This document shows, piece by piece, positions 54,519-64,000 of a stretch of 64,000 bases of DNA; the first letter of the stretch is position 1; each line of letters starts with the position of its first letter. The position numbers were made by a program, and so were the translations under genes. Origin of the DNA: Eledone cirrhosa (Eukaryota); NCBI GenBank assembly GCA_964016885.1, contig OZ024741.1, forward strand, positions 87,854,001-87,918,000, written 5' to 3'. Below the pieces are notes generated by a model. It did no database searches. It had not been told where the DNA came from and worked only from the letters and a program-made list of their open reading frames with translations.

Positions 54519-55457
54519 TCAGAGTTGGGGTTTTTTACTCTACATCCGTATATTAAGTTCTTCCCTAGGCATTCATTACTAAGGGGGCATAATGCTGGGT
54601 TTCTGCAGTTGCAGGAGGTGGTCGACCTCCGCATGCTTAATGTGGGGTTCCCGTTGCGTATTATATGGTGATCCTCCCCCGGACCCGGTGGGGTGTCCCT
54701 GGGTCTGTTTGGGTTACTGGGTCCACCCTTCTTTCTCTCCACATAGTTCTGCCGGGTGCTTATATTGCCAGCTTCCGGTTGTTTGTGGTTTTTAAGTCTA
54801 CCCTATGTGCTGGGCCATATTTCGCGTGGTAGAAAACCCCCAACTCTGAACACCTTTACATAGGAGCCACATAAACGAGCTTTAAGGACCGATGGTATAA
54901 CCATCGCCATTCCTTTAATAGGGAGGACAAAAGGAAAAGTACGGCTCTTTCCGAACTGATCTGGAAGCTCAAGCTGGACAGGACCCCGTACTCTCTGGAC
55001 TGGTCCAAAATCAGGAAAGTACCACCTGATAATGGGGTTCTGGCATCTGCAAATTCTGTCTGAACGAGACCCTCGAGATACTCAGCGGTGGAAGCAGCCT
55101 GATAAACCTCAGGACTGACTTCTTCGGGACATGTAGACACCTCAGGGCCGGGACCTTCCTCAAGCTACATGGACAATAACAACACACTGGGAGGGGAACT
55201 TCCCTCAAGCTATAGGGACTTTTCCGGGACATGTAGACACCCCAGGCCCGGACCGTCCTCGAGCTATAGGGACTTCCCCGGGACATGGGCAATAACAACG
55301 CATTGGGATGGGAACTTCCCTCAAGCCATAGGGACAGTAGGCCCGCCACACCGAGCCCACGGTAAACCACCCCCTACACATTCACCACCCCTACCCCTGC
55401 CTCGATCGACTCCTATGGCAACACAGACTTATGCATATGTCCATACATAGATACTGT

Positions 55458-55645
55458 TTTGGCAGTATCGATAGAGGGTCGGATGCCATGCTTTGACGTA
55501 TAGAGTTACGGCCCTTGCCATTCTGAGTTCAAATCCCGCCGAGAGGAACTTTGCCTTTCATCCTTACGGGGTCGATAAAATAAAGTACCAGTAATGCACT
55601 GGGGTAATTGCTGGCCTTGTGCCTAACGTAGAAACAGTTATTTAA
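55458..55645 (+). mobile_element. tRNA-derived SINE inserted in the Naiad F 3' region
   Basis: Near-identical to 47250-47430. Confidence 0.85.
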
Positions 55646-55665
55646 GATTGTACCTGCACAGATAC

Positions 55666-55797
<132 letters not shown>

Positions 55798-56264
55798 GTG
55801 TGCGCGTATGTATATACATATATATGTGTGTGTGTGTGTATAATCTGTGTGTGTGTGCATATGGGATGCACCTGGGCCCGTGTTTGTGCGTGTGGGCTTA
55901 CAACGATGTGGGTTGATATACACGCATATGTACACTATGCCGAATTAAAATCTGTGGTCCTCTGCATTTCCCGATTTTGACACTTAGGTTCTGGTGCTTT
56001 ACACTTCACTCTTGCCTCATTTGCTCTTAAAACGCACCACCCCATGATAGTGTAAAGATTGTAATCCTTTGCACTTCCCGATTATAACACACAGCCTTTC
56101 TACTTCAGTCAATATTTTCCAAATCTTTCAAACTTTGATATTGGCTATAACACACACGCATTTTATTTTATTTTATTCTTTTACTTTTTTATTTTTTTAT
56201 TTTTTCATTTCTTCTTTTATATTTGATATTGGCTATAACACACACACATTTTATTCTATTTTAT

Positions 56265-56301
<37 letters not shown>

Positions 56302-56796
56302 TTTTATTCTTTTACTTCTTCATTTTATTGTATCTTTTTTTTTTCCTTTTACTTTATCTTATTTCATTATCTGTTTGGCACACACACCCCCCACCCCCAC
56401 CCCCACCACCACGTGAAATGGTGGCAGGATTGATGCCTACCCATACACACTAATTATTCTAAATACAGCAGCAGTAGAACTAAGGCTGACCTGCCAGCTA
56501 AGACCCTAACACCAATAAACACAAGGGAGGAGGTCAGCTGTACTTAACAAAAACAACCACAACAGATTGTCTTGCCACAGAAAAAAATTTCTATAGACTT
56601 TTGACTGAGGAATGTTCTCACAACTGACCAATGGGAGGAGAGAGTGTCCTATGATACCGAAATTCGTTTGTTCGAATTCATATGATTCCAGTTCCTCAGA
56701 GAAATAACAACCCAACCAGGAGCTGGACATATTGGAGTATTGACGGAGTAAAACACTTTAACAACATGTGTACCTGTCTCTACCACACCAATTCGG

Positions 56797-56849
56797 ACTG
56801 CCTGAAGAGGTCAGCCGATGATGGCTGTCACCGAAATATATATAGCAGT
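56797..56849 (+). ncRNA. Type I hammerhead ribozyme
   Basis: ACTGC CTGAAGA GGT CAGCC gatgat GGCTG tc ACC GAAA TATATA TA GCAGT; AUA triplet; AATAAA follows at 56858. Confidence 0.92.
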
Positions 56850-58129
56850 ACATCTTTAATAAACGAAGCCAAATGTTTGACTTAATTATTTTATTTTATA
56901 TTGCAGTATACCTGGTTTGAATACAATTTCTTTCTTTTGTTTGTTTGTTTCTTTTTTCATCTTCATCTTTCTCTCTCTCTCTCTTATTGGTTTCCTTCTT
57001 CACTCAGTTCGTCTTTTTCAAATTTTTCTATGAGCAGTAAGTCCACTCAAGAAACTGTTGGTGTCGTTTCCTATCATTGCTTTTACGTGACTCCAGATTA
57101 AATAACTCATTCCCTACTTCTTCTGACCTTACTCCATTCAACCGATATTTTCTTCTCGGAAAATTATTTTGATTACTTTTATTGTTTCATGAGTGCTAAA
57201 GTGATTTTCATATAAACGACAGAATGCTGTTTGCCCGAAAAATAAGAAATAGGTGATTCAGTACTTGTTGGTTTTTGGTTCTGTCGTGAGTGACAGAGAC
57301 AGGGGAGAGTTGGATTAAATTTTTTTTTTTTGTTGTATTTAGTTGTCTAGCTTTACACTTGGAGTTCAAATCTTTTCACCCTTCCACAGTCAATAAACAG
57401 TCACATACTGGGATCGGTTTAATCGATTTTACCCCACTACCACCACCCCAATCTTATGCCAGTGTTAGAAATTAGTATTACAGTGAGAAAGAGTAATTGC
57501 ATCAGAGAGACAAGGAAGCGAAGACTGTGCTTGGATTCGATTTTCGTTTGAAGTCATTTTACTTTACTAACACTTCAATAATATTCTAAAAACAGTAGAG
57601 CACGTACCCATAATTTACAGATAGTCCCCACCACCATAATTCTAATATGACTTTAAGAGAATCAAAAACTGTCTCAGAAACAGAATTTATACGTGTAGAT
57701 TTGTATTAAATCTTATCAAAAGATACCCGATCTCACAGAAGCCTGAAGTTCTTTGAAACCCCCCTTTTTAGGAAATACTGCTCAAGGGAAAAACGTAAAC
57801 TGCACATTTTTCATCGCCTCATGACACCATTATTGTTTGTAAAACAAAATATAGAAAATTAAACCATTCGATAGATACTAATAAAATAAATATCAGACTG
57901 AAATAAATACTGAGATTAATATGATCGAGTAAGACCCTTAAAGACGGTGCACCTTCATGACCGTAGTCCAATAGCTGAAAGATTAAAGGAATCTAAAGAA
58001 TATATTTGTAAAGAAAAAGAAAACTAGTGAAGGTCTTCGTTGAAACAAAAAATAAAGTGACGGAATTCATAAGAAAAGGATAAACTTACCTTATTTTTAA
58101 AAATTAATTGGCAAGAAAACCAGAAAAAC

Positions 58130-58520
58130 ATTATTAAAGTGTTAGGTATGGTTCACTCTACTATAAGGAACAGAAACTCTGACATTAACAAAAGTATTAT
58201 TAAATAGATTACAAACATTTGAGATAAAAGACTTTGGGGAATATCATGGATAGACCAGAAAACCAATAATGAATAATGAAATGTTAAAGATGTCAAACGT
58301 GTAGAAAATTTTGTTTGACACTGTCAAAGAAAAAGAACTAAAATCTTTTAAACACTTAATTAGCGAATATCGATTGCAGAAACTATCAAGAGAAAATGAA
58401 ATGAATGGGAAAAGAAGAATTACGTGGATGGATAATGTTAAGATTAACAGAATTAAAATGCAGTGGATGTATAAGAATATCACAAGAAAGACCAAGATGG
58501 CGATCCATAGTAGTCAAAAT
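58130..58520 (+). mobile_element. Highly decayed RTE-like LINE 3' end
   Basis: ETLTLTK..RLQTFE..ISWIDQKT..TVKEKELK.F.HL..GKRR.TWMDNVK. Confidence 0.6.
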
Positions 58521-58574
58521 GCTGAGAGTAGACAGTACCCAGCACCAGATTTACATATTGGGTAAGTGGGCTAT

Positions 58575-58725
58575 AGGTGGAGAAGTGGCAGAGTTGGTAG
58601 AACATCGGATAGAATGCTTTACGTTCCAGCTCTCTGCACTCTGAGTTTAAATCCCGCCGAGATCAACTTTGCCTTGCATCCTTTGGAGGTCAGTAAAAAG
58701 GTACCAGTCCAGTATTAGGGTCTAT
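58575..58725 (+). mobile_element. tRNA-derived SINE
   Basis: TGGCAGAGTTGGTAG..GAGTTTAAATCCCGCCGAG..GCCTTGCATCCTTTGGAGGTC. Confidence 0.75.
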
Positions 58726-59329
58726 TTTTTTCTTTATATCGTTTTCTCACTTCCTGTCCCTCATACACCCTCCTCCTCCTCGAAAGAAATGAGCTGTGTT
58801 TAGACCTAGAGAGAAGGTGGGCACCGCCAATGTTAGTTGGATCATTGTAGAGCTTTAAAACAAAGTGAAAGTTATTCTATTATTTTTTATTTAATACATA
58901 TTTTTCTTTGATATATAAGTTAGTGTAATTATCGTATAATAAACTTTTGTTACAACAAATATTTAAATATGTTGTTTTTAAACAGATATTTATTGGTGAA
59001 CAATAAATAGTCGATGTGAAAGAGTTGCTAGTAAACGTAAGCGACAAAAGGAACAGAAAGAAATATTAAAGAGTTTAAAGCCAACCATGTTGTATATACA
59101 ATCAGATATTATACAAAATTACGCAAGTCCTCAGATTTAGAATGTTTTGTTTTATATTCAGATATGGACCAGGTTTTTTCAAACTACGAGTCTCGGTCCG
59201 TTAGCAGCTCACGAAATTAAGAAAATCGCTGCAAAAATCTATAAAAATGGGTTGCAATACAAAAAGCAACTCTTACTGAGGCTCACAGAAATAAAAAAGA
59301 AAGGGCTGTTGAGACTGAGGAGCAATCAT

Positions 59330-59620
59330 TTTTTTCATATAGACTGGAAAGTCTACGGCTTTGTTCGTAAAGTTTTCTCTTACCAAACAAATTCAACCAC
59401 GGCTCTAGTTTCTACTGGATTTGTTGATTGGCACCATGCTCATATAGTTAAAGCCCACGAAACCTCAAGCAATCATATAAAAAGCAAATCAAAATAGATT
59501 ACTGGAGACACGCACTTGAGCAATCTATTGCTGGCATTTCTCCTTTGACATAATGTGGTCTGATTTTTAGTGGAGATAATGAAACATTTGGCTCACCAAA
59601 CAATGGCAACTTGGATTGCT
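59330..59620 (+). pseudogene. hAT (ZMYM1-like) N-terminal relic
   Basis: GFVDWHH..AHETSSNH, F.GD.E..GSPNNGN. Confidence 0.5.
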
Positions 59621-60621
59621 CACTCCAAAGCCATTGCGGCTATTACTGTCAGTTATGCTGAGGTTATTGAAAAGGAAGGTATCAAATAACAGCTATATAG
59701 CTATCCCTGTTTATAATTTTTGTGTTATTTTTTTGTTTTGTTTATTTCGTCGTTCAATAAGAATAGGAAAGACAGCAGTCATAACTTTTTACAGGGCCTC
59801 CAAGACCGATGAGAGAAAGATATCTTCGGACCTGGCTATACTACATGGTAAACTTTGCTAAATGAAGCTGAATGCCAGGCTCAATGTCTTCACGCAAGAG
59901 AATTGATATCGGAACCATTTGATAACTACACGGTCATGCTTGAGTTCATTAAGTTTGTATTCCTCTTTTCTTCATATCGAAACTAATATTTAGCTGAACA
60001 ATACTTGCACAAATTTGCCATATTCAATATAGTTCTGCAGATACTTTTTTCCATTTACTCTACATCATTTTACTATATTCCAATTTTGTGAATTCCAATT
60101 TAATTTTCATATGAGAATATGATTCAGATTATATTTTTCTTTAACTGCTTCTAAAATACCCAATAATTTAAACTCCATTTGGTGAAGTGGATTGGCATAC
60201 TTTCCATTTTTATAGCTCAAATGTTGTTATTGTATTCCCTATCATATATTTTGATAGTGGAAATTTAAAATCTGAATTAACTTAATTTATTTTTCTTTCT
60301 CGCCCTCCCTCCATTCAGAGCATATATAAAGCTCCATCTTGAGAAAAATATAATTTCTTACAATTTACACAAATGTTTCAGCTTTTATAGAACTAAGATA
60401 CATATTTTTATATCTCTTTATCATATTTGTGAACTACTAGCTAACTATGTGGCAATTCCACGGTTTAATCAGAAAAAAACAACAAGAAGTAAAGATCAAT
60501 ATGACATTTTGAATGTTTTATTTACAGATGTCAACATAAATGGACCTGTTATTTTTATCTAAAGGCATTTTTTCCAATTCCACCGCGCCCGTCACTTCAA
60601 TCTATCTTATTTCTCATTCTT

Positions 60622-60657
60622 TCTTCTGATAAAGGACTAGCGTCCGAAATGTTAAGA
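60622..60657 (+). ncRNA. Hammerhead relic, probably inactive (G8 to A without compensation)
   Basis: TCTT CTGATAA A GGAC tagc GTCC GAAA TG TT AAGA. Confidence 0.55.
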
Positions 60658-60741
60658 CCCTCTTCCTGCTATTTCAAGCGTTAACCTAATACATTCCTTC
60701 CATACACTGTACTGATTGTGTTGTTATTTCTGTTTACCTTT

Positions 60742-60818
<77 letters not shown>

Positions 60819-60891
60819 CGAAGGAAATGTGGTAAGGAACCAGGTGGACCATAACGCACCAAAGTACTCAATACTTAGGGTAGTAGAGTGG

Positions 60892-60988
60892 GTAATAGGA
60901 ACGAGTAGGACCCCGACGGCAGAGCTCAGGCCGTTTCGACGGCTAATTCTGGACTGAGCTCAGCCGTCGGGGTCCTACTCGTTCCTAT

Positions 60989-60991
<3 letters not shown>
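60892..60991. repeat. 38-bp inverted repeat (1 mismatch, 24-bp loop) in a short insert within (TA)n
   Basis: GTAATAGGAACGAGTAGGACCCCGACGGCAGAGCTCAG / CTGAGCTCAGCCGTCGGGGTCCTACTCGTTCCTATTAC. Confidence 0.85.
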
Positions 60992-61044
<53 letters not shown>

Positions 61045-61342
61045 TATATATATATATAACGTATTATAAATGCCTTCGTATATAACACACACACACACAT
61101 GTGTGGGTGAGGGTGTGTGGGTGTGTATGTATTCATATGGAAAACAGTGCTCAATCGGAAAGAGAGCAGAAATATTATATTATTCATTTATGTTATATTA
61201 TTAATACGAGATAAACTCGTATTAGCGCCTGAAGAAATGTCACTATTTTGATGCCTCTTGTTTTCGGGAGGTATGGTAAAATGTGGACATTGAAAACTTA
61301 GGTAGCACTTTTGTTTCGTGTATGAACATAAATAAATAATAT

Positions 61343-61424
<82 letters not shown>

Positions 61425-61444
61425 TTAGCCTTCGGTTCTACCGC

Positions 61445-62735
61445 GCCCTTCAGCGCATCGAACAGTAAGACGTCGCCAACGGTCACGATCAGTGGCAGCT
61501 TTTTCGTGTCCGTGCCAAGTGATGGTGACTGCCATCAGGTCTTTTGGGAACGTTTGTCGCTATGTGATCCTGTGGCAAGAAGCCGGCTTCCGTTTGCCGC
61601 CAGGTGGTGTGCAGTTCATCGCCCTTTTTGAGTGCCGTTCGTCGGGCTGGCACAGAATATAGCCAGCCAGGCGGCACCGGTGCTCCGTGACCACCCTCTG
61701 CAGCGTCCATGACTTGGCTCTCCGCAGGATTACCTCGTTTCGCACTCGGTCGCGCCAGGACACACGAAGGCACCGCTGGTGGGAAACTTTCAGCCGTCTT
61801 TGCCGTGCTCTTCCAGGTTTCGCTCGCGTAAAGCACTGTCGACAACACCATGCTCTTGTACAGGAGCAGCTTGGTCCTGGTGCTGATGCATGAAGACGAC
61901 CAGACAAGGTGCATCCGCTGAAAAACTGCGGCTTCTTTGCTGATCCGAAAGTTGATGTCGAGCTCCGCGTCGCCATTGTTTGCCAGGATGCTGGCCAGAT
62001 AATGAAGTGATCGACCTCTTCCAGGTCTTGTTGGTTGACTGATTGCTGGAATAGTGTTGTTGGTTGTTTTCATCACCTTGGTCTTTTTGGTGTTGATTCT
62101 CAGACCGATCTCTTCGCACTCTCTTGCAAGGATGTTGTAAGACCCTGCAGATCTGCACTGTCTTCAGCGATCAAAACAATGTCGTCGGCAGATGCCAGCT
62201 CCCTCAGCCTCGACTGACCTGTCCATGGGATTCCTCGACCGGGCCCTTCATCTTTTCGCCCTAGAATGAAATCGACTTCCACCAGAAACAACAGCGGATA
62301 GAGAATGCAACCGTGTCTGACATCGGAGACAATGTTAAAGAACACCGTCACACAGGGCTCAGTTCATACGCAGCTGCTGGTGCTTGCGTATAGGGCCTTG
62401 AAGATGGCGATGAATCTCGTATGACGTACGAATCTGTGATGTTCCCTAGCGATTCACTATGCACACTATCGAACGCCTTCAGGAAATCGATGAAGCTGAC
62501 CGTCAAAGGTTGCTGGAGTTCAACGCATTGTTCGAGGATGGTACGTAGTGTGAAGATCTGTTCGGTGCAAGATCGGTTGTTTCGGAAGCCGTCTTCTTCA
62601 TCTCGGAGCACAGAGTCGACAGCTTCCCAGAGTCGACGCAGCACCACAGTGAAGAACGCCTTGCCTGAGACTGATAGCAATGTGATGCCGCGCCAGTTGT
62701 TGCAATCGGCGAGGTTTCCCTTCTTCGGCATATAT
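61445..62735 (-). mobile_element. 5'-truncated decayed RTE-clade LINE (RT region)
   Basis: KKGNLADCNNWRGITLLS, GFRNNRSCTEQIF, FIDFLKAFDSV, VRHGCILYPLLF, ADDIVL, VLLYASETW-like. Confidence 0.92.
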
Positions 62736-62929
62736 ACTAATAATATATACACTTCTTAATTATATACAACACAATTATATACAACACAACACATTATATT
62801 GAATGATTCTTTTTAAATGACTGAAATTACTAAAATGGAATGTTTTACTCATTTATGGTTTGAGGATAAACAATATCTTTCGTTTAGCGTATGTTTAAAA
62901 ATGAAAACAATTCGGCACCTGTACCACTC

Positions 62930-63041
<112 letters not shown>

Positions 63042-63181
63042 TATATATATATATATACATATATATATACATATATATATATATATACATATATAGTGGT
63101 AGAACACTGGAAGGTAATATCCGTAGTGGCAGAGCACTCAATCCATGGGACGAGTTTGGTCGAAGTTTGATATATATAGAA

Positions 63182-63207
<26 letters not shown>

Positions 63208-63212
<5 letters not shown>

Positions 63213-63880
63213 TAACTAGAAATTGATTGACATATATATATATCTAAAATAAACATATGAAACAATCACAGGGAATAATTTGTAAAAGTGTGTAAGCACA
63301 CACAGCTAGGTTGGTAACTAATTAAAGTTTAACTAGAACTTCAAAAATAGATACCTTATAAATTGATTAATCTTCCTTGTATATATTTCATTAAAGAAAT
63401 GTATTTCACCATTAATCGATTGGTAATGGGATGAAGCTGGTACGATGTGTGTATTTTTAAAAAATACGACACGTGCTGCTAGTCATTCGCAGATTTGAAT
63501 TTGCTGTGTAAACACAGATAGTTAGATCTTCTCCCTTGTTGAAAATTCGGGATTTGGCTACTGTGGTTTACCGATCGATTAATGGTGAAATACATTTCTT
63601 TAATGAAATATATACAAGGAAGATTAATCAATTTATAAGGTATCTATTTTTGAAGTTCTAGTTAAACTTTAATTAGTTACCTTCCTAGCTATGTGTGCTT
63701 ACACACTTTTACAAATTATTCCCTGTGATTGTTTCATGTTTATTTTAGATATATATATATATGTCATTCAATTTCTAGTTAATATAAAATGCTCGGATCT
63801 ATTCATTGGAATCTTGGAGCATATTCTACAGTGGATATGGCGCTTGTCTCTCCGACATGACACCCTTAATTTAATTTTGT
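63208..63880 (+). mobile_element. Non-coding PLE-like terminal fragment with inverted arms of about 218 bp
   Basis: 63208-63426 is the reverse complement of 63568-63786; flanked by (TA)n. Confidence 0.75.
63534..63619 (+). ncRNA. Candidate variant hammerhead (UUGAAAA core, long imperfect stem II)
   Basis: ATCTT..CCTTG TTGAAAA TT..N..AAT GAAA TATA TA CAAGG AAGAT. Stem I CCTTG/CAAGG, AUA triplet. Confidence 0.55.
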
Positions 63881-63899
63881 ATATATATATATATATATA

Positions 63900-64000
63900 T
63901 ATATTGTTATACTTTGGGAGGGTCATGTTGCCAATAAGAAACACACGCACCAGTTGCTTTCACTTCAATTTATTATATATTTATAAATTTATAAGTTTAT
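63900..64000 (-). mobile_element. 3' end of a second copy of the PLE at 2690-3840; runs off the right edge
   Basis: Reverse complement of about 3742-3840. Confidence 0.85.

Overview
Animal genomic DNA that is AT-rich and saturated with microsatellites and transposable elements. The SINE repertoire and (TA)n/(CA)n/(GATA)n load suggest an octopus-like cephalopod, which is an inference only. I can support no host protein-coding gene; most ORFs in the track are microsatellite read-throughs. Penelope-like retroelements (PLEs) dominate. There is one apparently intact, very young Naiad-type PLE (32341-38105: 811-aa RT + GIY-YIG ORF, two 916-bp pseudo-LTRs, each with a hammerhead ribozyme). It is nested in an older Naiad. 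The window also holds several truncated or inverted Naiad copies and one PLE of a different type. The main signal the ORF track cannot show is a dense set of type I hammerhead ribozymes, about 16 readable motifs plus relics. Several lie in non-coding, tandem, retrozyme-like units of about 320, 350, 485 and 595 bp that could release circular RNA monomers. Three unrelated small units share an octamer + TATA-like cassette at similar spacing upstream of the ribozyme. Three families carry a compensatory U3-A8 core variant with a long stem II. A short CTCCC-N2-3-GGTYGAGC hairpin motif recurs at the terminal-repeat/body junction of three families. One decayed Naiad has TGA at two conserved Cys positions. 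Other content: RTE, L1/Tx1 and CRE LINE fragments, tRNA-derived SINEs, and hAT, Tc1/mariner and Helitron relics. All structures were read by eye and not computed.
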